From: Spirochaetota bacterium
GTDB lineage: Bacteria > Spirochaetota > UBA6919 > CBDBPB01
NCBI GenBank assembly: GCA_965208615.1
Contig: CBDBPB010000003.1
Span: 32,001-96,000, forward strand
DNA length: 64,000 nt
Direction: 5' to 3'
Positions 10,116 through 19,859 of the stretch are shown piece by piece; the first letter of the stretch is position 1; each line of letters begins with the position of its first letter. The notes beneath the pieces are model-generated. The model had not been told where the DNA came from, ran no database searches, and worked only from the letters and a program-made list of their open reading frames with translations. Both the position numbers and the translations under genes were made by a program.

Positions 10116-10802
10116 TTGTTTAGGAATTATCTAATGAGATCACTAAATGAGATTACTCAATGGCATCCAATATCAATTCAAAAATGGCTTCAAGAAGTAG
10201 ATGAGATCGACCTTATTCTAGTTCTATCCCACTCTTCAGAGGCTGTTAAACATCTTATTTTAGAAAACCTTTCCTCCCGAATCCGTAAGTTGGCTATAGA
10301 TTCTATGGATGATTATGATAAAGTCCCAGAAAGCATTGTCAAAAAAGCAAAAAAAAGAGCGCTTGGCCTAGCTAATGAGCTAATCGAACTCGGAGAACTA
10401 AATGAACCAGGTGAAGAAGAACTATATAAAATAACCAGAAATACTATACTCCCTAAACTACTCCAAACTAATAATACCGCTAACCTTATTAAAACTATGA
10501 CTATACTAGGAGAGTATGCCAAAGAACGAGGACTCCTGGCTCTAGAAGAAGCCTTAATAAAAATTAAAGACCCTTTTTTAAGAGATGCCTTACAGCTTAT
10601 AATCGACGGCACAGAAGCTGACGTTGCAGAAGAAATACTTAGAAATCGTGTAGAGGCTATTACATATCATCGTGAACTATTATATAACTTAATAATCGAA
10701 GGTATATTGGGTATACAAACTGGTAATTCAAGCTGGATATTGCGTATGCGTCTTAAGTCTTACTTACCGCCAGAAATGGGAGGTGAAAATGGACTATATT
10801 AA
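10116..10802 (+). CDS. Soluble FliG C-terminal domain fused to a MotA cytoplasmic domain (probable start ATG 10134)
   Basis: The N-half resembles FliG_C (IQKWLQEVD..DL...IL.NLSSR...ELGEL). The C-half resembles the MotA cytoplasmic segments (AKERGLLALEE, DPFLRDALQLIIDG, IIEGILGIQTG). No TM helix. Confidence 0.75.
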   Translation: MFRNYLMRSLNEITQWHPISIQKWLQEVDEIDLILVLSHSSEAVKHLILENLSSRIRKLAIDSMDDYDKVPESIVKKAKKRALGLANELIELGELNEPGEEELYKITRNTILPKLLQTNNTANLIKTMTILGEYAKERGLLALEEALIKIKDPFLRDALQLIIDGTEADVAEEILRNRVEAITYHRELLYNLIIEGILGIQTGNSSWILRMRLKSYLPPEMGGENGLY

Positions 10803-10843
10803 AATTTATTCTTTAAGATTTCCACTAAATTAAGGAGATAATT

Positions 10844-11146
10844 ATGTGCCTTGGAATACCCGGAAAGGTTATTGAAATAATAGATGAAAACGGCCTTTTG
10901 ATGGGTAAAATAGATTATAATGGTACCGTAAATAAAGTATGTCTAGCTTATATTCCTAATATAAAAATAGGTCAATATACTATTGTCCATGCAGGTTTTG
11001 CTGTTTCTGTTATAGACGAAGAAGAAGCACAAAAAACCCTTGCTATATGGGATGACTTAAAAGAAAAACTTGCCGCTAGCGAAGGAAGCAATGTTTATGG
11101 ACAACCTTTAAACCGCTCCATTAATAACAAAAAACGGTATAAATAA
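10844..11146 (+). CDS. hypC: Hydrogenase maturation chaperone HypC/HupF
   Basis: MCLGIPGKV N-terminus, IVHAGFA, IDEEEA; AAGGAG RBS. Confidence 0.95.
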   Translation: MCLGIPGKVIEIIDENGLLMGKIDYNGTVNKVCLAYIPNIKIGQYTIVHAGFAVSVIDEEEAQKTLAIWDDLKEKLAASEGSNVYGQPLNRSINNKKRYK

Positions 11147-11230
11147 AAACTTAAAATATTATTTATAATTAAATCGGTTTTTTTATATAAAAACTATCCC
11201 CTTAATGTTAACACTGTTTGAGGAGAAAAT

Positions 11231-12178
11231 ATGGCTGGTAACACTGTATGTATAAATAATGTAGAAATACACTTAAGTCATCCAGATGAGCTTAACATTG
11301 ATTTAGTGGGTTTTTATGAACTTCAAAAACAGCTAAAAGCATGTTGGACAACTTTAAATAATAATGATATTCCCCTTGTACCAAGAATACTAGGACGACC
11401 CGGTGTAGGTAAAACTACCCTTGCCTATTCCGTTGCAAAACAAATGAATTATGAAGTCTATATTTATCAGTGTACTATGGATACAAGACCTGAAGACTTA
11501 ATTATTACTCCCGTATTAAGCAATGATCCTAAAGGCTTTTGGACAAATGCTATTGGAGGTAAAAATAATAAAATAAAATATCATGCTTCTGCACTGGTAA
11601 CCGCTATGATAAAAGGAGGAATAGCCATATTGGATGAAGGTAATCGGATGAGTGAAAAATCATGGGCAAGTCTAGCTCCTCTTTTTGACAATAGACGATA
11701 TGTAGAATCCATAACTGCTGGTATTAAAATTAAGGCTCATCCTAATTTTCGTTGTTGCATAACTATGAATGATGATTCTTCGACTTTTGAGGTTCCAGAG
11801 TATATAATGTCCAGATTACAGCCTCAGATTTATGTTGACTTTCCATCGCGTAATGAAGAAAAAGAAATACTAAAAATTAACCTGCCCTTTGCTGAAGAAG
11901 ACTTAATAAATATAATGAGTGACTTTCTTGCTAATGCCCATAGATTTGAGGAACCCTTTACTAGTAGGGATGGTATTCATATTATTAGGTTTACACGTCG
12001 TCTTATGAATAACCATTCTGAACTATCCCAAGAAAATGCTCTAAAACAATCAATAAGTCAAGTTTTAGGTCAAGATGCTGTTAATTATTTAAATCCTGAC
12101 TATCAGCCTACATTTAATATGCCTTATAAAAAATGGGACTACCCACCGGAAGAAGATGATTTAAATGAATTTATCTGA
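11231..12178 (+). CDS. MoxR/CbbQ-type AAA+ ATPase
   Basis: Walker A GRPGVGKT, Walker B ILDEGNR, AHPNFR..TMN, SRL arginine finger. Confidence 0.88.
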   Translation: MAGNTVCINNVEIHLSHPDELNIDLVGFYELQKQLKACWTTLNNNDIPLVPRILGRPGVGKTTLAYSVAKQMNYEVYIYQCTMDTRPEDLIITPVLSNDPKGFWTNAIGGKNNKIKYHASALVTAMIKGGIAILDEGNRMSEKSWASLAPLFDNRRYVESITAGIKIKAHPNFRCCITMNDDSSTFEVPEYIMSRLQPQIYVDFPSRNEEKEILKINLPFAEEDLINIMSDFLANAHRFEEPFTSRDGIHIIRFTRRLMNNHSELSQENALKQSISQVLGQDAVNYLNPDYQPTFNMPYKKWDYPPEEDDLNEFI

Positions 12179-14114
12179 TAAGTACTTCAAATTTGATAAT
12201 ATTTATTGTATTCCATCTGTACACGGCTCTATTGACTTTGCTCAACTGGTAAAAGAGGCCTTTTTTGATATTGAACCAGACTGTATAGCAGTAGAACTAC
12301 CAGAATCCATTATGAGCCATGTATTAAAGGGTGTAAAACAGTTACCCTATTTATCAGTCGTATCCTTTTCGGATAACCCTAATGTATATCATTATGTTCC
12401 CATTCACCCTGGAGATTCAATAATAGAAGCTGTACGACTGGCTGTTGAACATCAAACCGAACTATACTTCGTAGATAAAGATGTTGGAGAAATAGATATT
12501 CCCCCTGTTATTGTCCCTGACTCATATTATCTTAGCAAATTAGGGCTAAAAAACTATTGTAATAATTATCTCAAATATATTAAACCCACTGCCTTAAACT
12601 CTATACACTATCTACGAGAAACAGAAATGGCATTTAGGGTTAAAAAGATTTCATCTGCATATAAGCGTATACTATTTGTTTACGGCCTACAACATCATCA
12701 CAGAATATCAGAACTTTTAATGAAACCTTATCCAAGTAATATTTCATATAATACCATCGAAAGGGACCACATTAGTCTAATGTATATAGATAAGTCTATT
12801 TATACAGAAGTATTAGGTAATATGCCTTTTCAAACATATATCTATGAGGTTACCAGAAAAGGACTTTCCACTACAAACCTTGGTATAGATATACCCCCTT
12901 ATGACACTCACCTAGATAGTACTGAAAATCTAAAAAAATCGTTTTACAAAAAAGTTAATGAAAATGCTAACAGACTAAAAAACTTAACTACACAAAATAA
13001 TACCTTTGATCAATATGATAGCCTCCATGAAATATTTATATTAAGTAAAAAGCTGTATAAACGTGAATGGAACGATCAGACATCTATTAATAGGCTTTCT
13101 ACTGCGTTAAAGTTTGCCAGAAATTATGCTTTTGTTAGTGGTAGCCTTGTACCATCCCCTTATCAGCTTATTGTTTCTGCCAAGAATACCATTAACGATG
13201 ACTATGCTTATGAACTATATAGGCTTATATCTTTCTATCCCTTTTTAGATAACCTTTATAACTTGCCTGAGGTTACATTTAATAACAATAAAGCCAATAT
13301 TGATGGGCATGATGTTAAATTAAGACCTTATTTGCCTATGCAACCGTGGACAATAGAAAAAATACCTATTAAAAAGCGTCCTAAAGAAAAAAAGCCTGGT
13401 GATTGGGAAAAGATCTGGAAGTCAGGATATGATTTGGTATCCTATCCAGCTGAGGATATTATTATAGAAAATTATTTTTATTATCTTAGGAGAAAAGCTA
13501 GGTCTATATTAGAAAAAGACCTTATCATCACCAGAGAATTTACAACATCTTTAATGGATGGCCTTGATATTAAAGAAACTATCCGAAACCTACACCTCAA
13601 TAAACTATATGTAAAAGAATGTCTACCCTTTAAAGGAGATGTTGGAACTATTGTTATTATCTTTGATGAAGATGTTGATAATAAATATTCCTTTCATATG
13701 ACATGGTATGCTGAACACCAAAATGAATCTGATCTTGCTCTATACTCAACACCACCAGGTAAAAAACTCATAGGACCCGGTATTAGTCAGGCTGAATATG
13801 GAGGAGTTCTATCTATATACCCTCCAAGGGGTGTAAAAGAAGTATGGTCTGATGAGCGATTTAATAGAGCTAAAACTAAGTCCCAAAAACTCCTTATGGC
13901 TGGGATATATTATTCTGAAAAAAAGTATATTGTTTATGTTTCAAAAATACCTCCTACAATTTACTATCGTTCTTTGGCAGAACAACATGGACATCATATT
14001 TTACACATACCAATTAATCAACTTTCAGATTCTATGATTAAAAAGGTTAAGTTTTTCCACTTTTTAGCGGATAGACGTTTAAGAGGAATTGCTGGAAGGT
14101 ATATTAAAAAGTAA
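12165..14114 (+). CDS. Large AAA+ partner protein with a TraB/Tiki-like N-terminal domain and a degenerate VWA-like C-terminus
   Basis: Overlaps the ATPase stop; VH, AVELP, FVD, RE..MA, VYGLQH pattern; GLDIKETIR followed by IVIIFDED. Confidence 0.6.
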   Translation: MNLSDKYFKFDNIYCIPSVHGSIDFAQLVKEAFFDIEPDCIAVELPESIMSHVLKGVKQLPYLSVVSFSDNPNVYHYVPIHPGDSIIEAVRLAVEHQTELYFVDKDVGEIDIPPVIVPDSYYLSKLGLKNYCNNYLKYIKPTALNSIHYLRETEMAFRVKKISSAYKRILFVYGLQHHHRISELLMKPYPSNISYNTIERDHISLMYIDKSIYTEVLGNMPFQTYIYEVTRKGLSTTNLGIDIPPYDTHLDSTENLKKSFYKKVNENANRLKNLTTQNNTFDQYDSLHEIFILSKKLYKREWNDQTSINRLSTALKFARNYAFVSGSLVPSPYQLIVSAKNTINDDYAYELYRLISFYPFLDNLYNLPEVTFNNNKANIDGHDVKLRPYLPMQPWTIEKIPIKKRPKEKKPGDWEKIWKSGYDLVSYPAEDIIIENYFYYLRRKARSILEKDLIITREFTTSLMDGLDIKETIRNLHLNKLYVKECLPFKGDVGTIVIIFDEDVDNKYSFHMTWYAEHQNESDLALYSTPPGKKLIGPGISQAEYGGVLSIYPPRGVKEVWSDERFNRAKTKSQKLLMAGIYYSEKKYIVYVSKIPPTIYYRSLAEQHGHHILHIPINQLSDSMIKKVKFFHFLADRRLRGIAGRYIKK

Positions 14115-14312
14115 ATCGACTGATTTTATTATATTCTTTTTTCTCTAAAAGAATAAATAGAATTATTTATTTAATACCCTATAAAAGTTTATTGTTTTAT
14201 ATATTTGTCTTATTTTGGGGTTAGTTAACTATATTGAAGTTTTAATTCGTTACAATTATTATAATACGATATTGAATCTTGATTAATAAATATGAAAAAC
14301 TTATTTTCTTAA

Positions 14313-14341
14313 TTGACTTGCAAGAATAACATTAGTATAAT
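14313..14341 (+). promoter_or_regulatory. Sigma70-type promoter of the rsbW-STAS-recN unit
   Basis: TTGACT-17 bp-TATAAT. Confidence 0.7.
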
Positions 14342-14399
14342 TTTTAGTAAAAATTTAATTAGCTTTTAATTATAATATATAACTTTTTGGAAAAGTAAA

Positions 14400-14804
14400 T
14401 TGAACACTCTTAATCTTTCAGTAAAAAGCAGAACAGAAAACGTTGGACAAATAGTAAAAAGACTAGGTGAATTTTGTAAAGAAAATAATATTGATCAAAA
14501 AATCATAGAAATGCTACAAATTGCAACGGATGAAGCTATAACAAATATTATTTTTCATAGTTATAAAAATATTGATGGTATTATTAATATAACATTTACA
14601 TTAGATGAAAAAACGATTATTATTAAGCTTGTTGATTTTGGAAAAATATTTACACCAAGTAAAAAAGTACATAATGATAATAAAAAGGTGAAAATAGGGG
14701 GTTATGGTCTTGTATTAATGAATAAACTCATGGATGATATACAATTTTCATATGATCATAAAGAAAAAGCAAACAACCTAATTATGAAAAAATATTTAAA
14801 CTAA
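14400..14804 (+). CDS. RsbW/SpoIIAB-like anti-sigma factor kinase (HATPase)
   Basis: EAITNII.HSY, D.G..F, GGYGL.LM.KLMD. Confidence 0.9.
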   Translation: MNTLNLSVKSRTENVGQIVKRLGEFCKENNIDQKIIEMLQIATDEAITNIIFHSYKNIDGIINITFTLDEKTIIIKLVDFGKIFTPSKKVHNDNKKVKIGGYGLVLMNKLMDDIQFSYDHKEKANNLIMKKYLN

Positions 14805-14823
14805 CTTTTTGGAGGCTTTTTTT

Positions 14824-15159
14824 ATGGAACTAAAAACCAAAAAAGAAGGTAAAGTTCAAATCATTCACCTTGAAGGTAGATTAGACGTTCATTTATCTTT
14901 AGAGATTGAACAATCTATAAATGCTTTGATAGATGATGGAGAAAAATATTTATTATTTGATCTTGATGGTGTTCAATATTTGTCTAGTTCAGGGCTACGG
15001 ATCTTTATCGCTGCTATGAGAAGAGTAAAGGGCTTAGATGGGAGTATTAAACTTGCTAATATGAGTGAGCCAGTAAAGAAAATATTTAAAGTAGTTGAGC
15101 TTATTGATTTGTTTGAAATCTACCCCTCCATTGACGAGGCTTTGGCTGCATTTAACTAA
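14824..15159 (+). CDS. STAS-domain anti-sigma factor antagonist (RsbV-like)
   Basis: GRLD, DL.GVQYLSSSGLR with the phosphoacceptor Ser; GGAGG RBS supports ATG at 14824. Confidence 0.92.
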   Translation: MELKTKKEGKVQIIHLEGRLDVHLSLEIEQSINALIDDGEKYLLFDLDGVQYLSSSGLRIFIAAMRRVKGLDGSIKLANMSEPVKKIFKVVELIDLFEIYPSIDEALAAFN

Positions 15160-15185
15160 TACATAATCTTATTAAATGAACTATA

Positions 15186-16890
15186 ATGATTAATTCTATT
15201 TCTATTAAAAACATAGCTTTAATAGAAAATTTAAAAATCGACTTTTTTGATGGACTAAATATAATAACCGGTGAAACCGGTACAGGTAAATCTATATTAC
15301 TTAGCTCCATAGGATTAGTTTTAGGAAGTAAAGTTCACTCTGAGCTAATAAGAACAGGTTCACAAAAAGGTAGTGTAGAAGTTGTTTTCGATATAACTAA
15401 TAACTCTGCCTTAAAAAAGCTTTTAGAAAAGTTATCCATTGACGTAGAAGATAACATACTTATAATAAAGCGTGAACTAACAAATGAACAAAGAAGCCGT
15501 AGTTTTATAAATCTTAGTCCTATTCCTAATTCCACCCTTAAAATAATTGCTGAGAATCTTGTTGATATATCGGGTCAGCATGAACATCAATCTCTATTAA
15601 GGTCTCAAACTCATATTGAGCTTCTTGATAGCTTTGGTAACCTAACTAACTCTTGTAAAGAGTTTACTAATGAGTTTATTAATATTAATAATCTAAAATC
15701 CAAATTAAAAAAACTCTCTATTGACGAAGAAGAAAAAGAGCATCAGCTTGAAATGTATAAGTATTCCATAGAAGAGATTGAAAAGCATCAGCTAAAAGAA
15801 AATGAAGATACTAATTTAGAACAAGAACTTAATACCCTTAATAACTTTGAAAAGATTAATAGATCAATAGAAAATATCTATTATTACCTTTATCCACAGG
15901 ATCACTCAATCATTCCATATACTGAGAAAGTTATAGTTGAGTTAGAAAAGATAGTCCAGTTTGATTCAAAAATAGATAAAACAATTAACGACGTAAGAGA
16001 GTCTCTATACCTTTTAGAAAACGTTAAAGATACGATCAGAAGCTATAAAGATGACTTGGAATACTCTTCTGATCGTATAGAAGAGATCAACCAAAGACTT
16101 AATACTATAAAAGACCTCAAACGTAAGTATGGAAAAACTATAACGGATGTAATAACATATAAAAGCCATTGTGAACAAGAAATACAAAAAATATCTCAGA
16201 ATAAAGACCTAATAATAAAGTTAAGTGCTGATGTTAAACAAAAAGAAAAAGAAATCTCTGAATTAGCTATAAAATTGTCCAAAGCCAGACAAAAAAAAGC
16301 TAAAAATCCTTGAAAAAGAGATTGAACGAGAACTATCTTTTTTAGGTATGGAGAAATCAGCATTCAAGGTTGAGTTCCGCTATATACAAAACAATAAAAG
16401 CTATTTACAGATATCAAATAGAGGTGTAAAAATAGAGGATCATGGTATTGATCGACTAGAGTTCACTTTTTCAGCTAATCCGGGAGAGATGCCTAAATCT
16501 TTAGTTAAGATTGCCTCAGGTGGAGAGCTATCTAGAGTAATGCTGGCTATAAAAACTATCCTTACAGAAATGGACGAAATAGATACCCTCTTATTTGATG
16601 AGGTAGATGCTGGTATTGGTGGTGAGATGTCTATTAAAGTTGCGAAAAAGATTAAGGATATATCTAGTAAACGTCAAGTTCTTTGTATAACGCATTCTCC
16701 ATCTATAGCTAGTTATAGTAAGCATCATTATTTCGTTGATAAGTTCGAGGAAGATGGAAGAACTAAAACCATCATAAAAACTTTAAATGAAGAAGAAAAA
16801 ATAAAAGAAATCGCCAGGATGATCGGAGGTGATAAAATTACCGAATTATCGCTAAAACATGCCAAAGAAGTTATTGAAAAAACTAAATAG
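15186..16890 (+). CDS. recN: DNA repair protein RecN (one +1 frameshift in the A-runs at 16291-16306)
   Basis: TGETGTGKS, GQHEHQ, ASGGELSRVMLA, FDEVDAGIGG, QVLCITH. Confidence 0.95.
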
Positions 16891-17665
16891 GAAATCCAAT
16901 ACCAAGAATAAGTTGAATATCATTAAAACTCCCCTGAGCACACTTACTTTTTAAATGATCCAGTGTACCAGCAACACCTAAATCAGCTCTTATTTCAAAG
17001 CTTAATAAAATAGGGTCTATTGGTAAAACACCTCCTACTCCAAAAGTAATTCCGTATGTTATTGGTTTAGAAATAGTAGTAGGAGTTATAGTAGGTGGTA
17101 ATGGTTCGATTGAATCAATTGTACGAATATTAAAGGATGGTCCTATCATAAAAAAGAGATATTTCAGTGGATAGATCTTAATATGAGGGGTTATATAAAC
17201 ATAGTCTATACTAAGTTTATAAGGTCCAGATAGTGTACCTTTTCTACTATAGCCAATAGAGCCTGCCACAGAAATATATTTATTAATCTTATATTCTACA
17301 GAAAACTCTGCTAACCATTGTGGATCATATTTAGTAGGTTCCTCCATGAGAGAGGTTCTAGCAAAAATAACTAACTGCAATCCACCTTTAATCCAAAAGG
17401 TTAGGCCTTTTGGTATAATATTATCACTTTCGTTGTAAAATAAAATATTATTAACTTTTTCTTTTTCTTTTTCTTTTTCTTTTTTATAGCGTTCAAGCTT
17501 AAATGGTGAAAGTTTATATTCTTCAGAGTGACCTATTTTAGATATAGACAATACAATAACTATTACGGCAAAAAATACCAACATATACCTGCTATATATA
17601 GTTTTCCAATTAACTATTGATATCGTCTTATGAATAATAACAAATATCCTCTTAATAATATACAT
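16883..17665 (-). CDS. Outer-membrane beta-barrel protein (PorT/OMP-like); real start may be 17584
   Basis: Signal-like segment, alternating amphipathic strands, YSRKG, GPS, C-terminal LGIGFPI. Confidence 0.65.
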   Translation of the reverse strand: MYIIKRIFVIIHKTISIVNWKTIYSRYMLVFFAVIVIVLSISKIGHSEEYKLSPFKLERYKKEKEKEKEKVNNILFYNESDNIIPKGLTFWIKGGLQLVIFARTSLMEEPTKYDPQWLAEFSVEYKINKYISVAGSIGYSRKGTLSGPYKLSIDYVYITPHIKIYPLKYLFFMIGPSFNIRTIDSIEPLPPTITPTTISKPITYGITFGVGGVLPIDPILLSFEIRADLGVAGTLDHLKSKCAQGSFNDIQLILGIGFPI

Positions 17666-17785
17666 TAACTACCTCTAATTTATAACTTATATAAAGCAAT
17701 AATCTTAAGTTATATTATAATATATTTAACCTAGTAATAGGTAATTATTTTTTAAAATAGTATTCGATATAGGACTAGCTAGAAT

Positions 17786-17820
17786 AAATAAAAAGCCTAC
17801 CTAAATATAGGTAAGCTCTT
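17786..17820 (-). terminator. Rho-independent terminator of the flagellin gene
   Basis: Minus strand AGCTTACCTA-TATT-TAGGTAGGCT followed by a T-run. Confidence 0.7.
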
Positions 17821-17892
17821 TATACAAATATACATACTTAAACAAATATCTTAAATTGGATTACAGCATAATCCTTATATAAATAACCAAAA

Positions 17893-18921
17893 TCAGGTAA
17901 GTACTCTTAATACAACCTGTGGTCTCATATTTGCTTGAGCCAACATAGAGGCAGAGGTCTGAGTTAAAATTTGATTTTTTACAAAATCCACCATTTCATC
18001 AGCCATATTTATATCCCTAATTTGGGATTCTGCACTTTGTAAGTTCTCAGCCGCAATATCCAAACCTCTAATAGAGTGTTCTAGTCTATTAGTATAAGCT
18101 CCAAGATCTGCTCTTTGACGATTAACCTTATAAATAGCAGAATCAACTTGTCCAATCATAGTATTGGCAGAGTCCTGACTAGTAACAGTAACATGTAATT
18201 TACGATCCTTAACATCGGCAGTTGGAGCATCAGTGGCTAATCCCAAGGCATAGGCAGACATATTTTCTATATAAAATCTTTCATTCTGATCCATGTTAGC
18301 CCCTATGTGTATATAAAGACCTCCATAAGGTTCTTTAGCGCCGTTTTCGGCAGATCGGATAGGAGAATGCTCTACTGGATCTTTAGTATAGGGTTCAACA
18401 GGTCTTATAGGCGGGCTAGCCTGCTTTTGAACGTCTTCGGCTTTCCACGGACGATCTTTTTGTACATTTCTACTAAACTCTTCATCAAATGGATCCCTTC
18501 TCAATCCTCCTCTTAAAACTCTAAGAGTATTAAACTCGGCCTGAGAAGCAATTCTATCTATCTCATCAACGAGTTGTCTTATTTCCACTTCAATTTGTAG
18601 CCTATCTTCATAGGTATAAATACCGGTTGCCGCTTGAACAGCAAGTTCCCTCATACGTTGCAATATGGTTTGAGTTTCCTCTAACCATCCATCAGCAGTC
18701 TGCAAAAGAGATATTCCATCTTGAGCATTACGACTGGCCTGATTTAACCCCCTTATTTGTGATCTCATTTTCTCAGAAACAGCTAAACCAGCGGCATCAT
18801 CTGAGGCTCTGTTAATCCGTATTCCACTAGATAGCTTTTCAATATTTTTTTGAATTCGCCATGTATTAATGTTGAATTGGCGGTAGGCGTTCATAGCACT
18901 AATATTATGATTGATAATCAT
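17893..18921 (-). CDS. flaB: Flagellin, spirochaetal FlaB-type filament core protein
   Basis: [67 protein letters not shown]. Confidence 0.93.
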   Translation of the reverse strand: MIINHNISAMNAYRQFNINTWRIQKNIEKLSSGIRINRASDDAAGLAVSEKMRSQIRGLNQASRNAQDGISLLQTADGWLEETQTILQRMRELAVQAATGIYTYEDRLQIEVEIRQLVDEIDRIASQAEFNTLRVLRGGLRRDPFDEEFSRNVQKDRPWKAEDVQKQASPPIRPVEPYTKDPVEHSPIRSAENGAKEPYGGLYIHIGANMDQNERFYIENMSAYALGLATDAPTADVKDRKLHVTVTSQDSANTMIGQVDSAIYKVNRQRADLGAYTNRLEHSIRGLDIAAENLQSAESQIRDINMADEMVDFVKNQILTQTSASMLAQANMRPQVVLRVLT

Positions 18922-18925
18922 AAAC

Positions 18926-18988
18926 CCTCCTTGATAGTTGCTTAAAGTCCTTTTGTATTAAGTATAACTTAAGCCGGAAAATTGTCAA
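18926..18988 (-). promoter_or_regulatory. Flagellin promoter (sigma70-like) and leader with two CsrA-like AAGGA sites
   Basis: TTGACA (18988-18983)-16 bp-TATACT (18966-18961); AAGGA at 18952-18948 and again within the SD at 18932-18928. Confidence 0.55.
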
Positions 18989-19058
18989 TAAAAACTAAAT
19001 AAATTTTGCTTTTATTCCGATGTTTATGTATTACATTTTAACTCTCCAATAGAACCAC

Positions 19059-19859
19059 ATGACTACTAAAATCATAGGAATACTAAACATAACAAGGGAT
19101 TCTTTTTATGACGGCAGTAAATATATAAACATCCAGCAAGCTGTAGAAAAGGGAATCAGCCTAAATAATAACGGTGCTGACATAGTAGAGTTAGGAGCAG
19201 AATCGAGTCATCCAGATAGCAGTATAGTATCAGTAGAAACGGAAATTAAACGTCTTGAGCCTGTTATTAACGCCCTCAAAAAAGGCAATATACTAATATC
19301 CGTGGATACCTATAAACCAAAAGTAATGAGCAAGTGCTTAAAGCTTGGTGTAGACATGATAAACGATATAAGCGGGCTAAATAATATAGATAGCATATCC
19401 GTCATTAAGGAGTATAATGTACCAGTAGTTATTATGTTTAGCAAAAACCTAAAACCCCATGCAGAAAAAGCCAAGTGGATAAATAATAACTACATAGAAT
19501 ACATAATAGCCTTCTTTGAGGAAAGGTGTAATTATTTAGTTCAGAAAGGGATTAAAGAAAGTAATATAATTATTGATCCAGGAATGGGTTTTTTTCTAGG
19601 ATCAAACCCCGAACCCAGTCTAAGTATACTTAAAAACATATCCAAATTAAAGATTCTCAATAAAAAGATATTTCTATCCACCTCGCAAAAGTCTTTTATC
19701 GGAACTATACTAAACAGGGATATACCAGATAGAAATAATGGTACTCTTGCCAGTGAGATATGGGCATACATAGAACAGGTCAGCTATATTAGGACTCATA
19801 ATACTAAGGCCCTTAAAGATGCTATCACAATGATAGATGCTATTAAACAGTCTCGCTAA
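19059..19859 (+). CDS. folP: Dihydropteroate synthase, Sul-like
   Basis: GILNIT.DSF.DG, SVDT, INDISG, IIDPGMGFFLG, KSF, IRTH. Confidence 0.93.
   Translation: MTTKIIGILNITRDSFYDGSKYINIQQAVEKGISLNNNGADIVELGAESSHPDSSIVSVETEIKRLEPVINALKKGNILISVDTYKPKVMSKCLKLGVDMINDISGLNNIDSISVIKEYNVPVVIMFSKNLKPHAEKAKWINNNYIEYIIAFFEERCNYLVQKGIKESNIIIDPGMGFFLGSNPEPSLSILKNISKLKILNKKIFLSTSQKSFIGTILNRDIPDRNNGTLASEIWAYIEQVSYIRTHNTKALKDAITMIDAIKQSR

Noticed and set aside
18996-19024. Sigma28-like TAAA...CCGAT motif near the flagellin gene
   Set aside because: It points away from flaB, towards folP, and the match is imperfect
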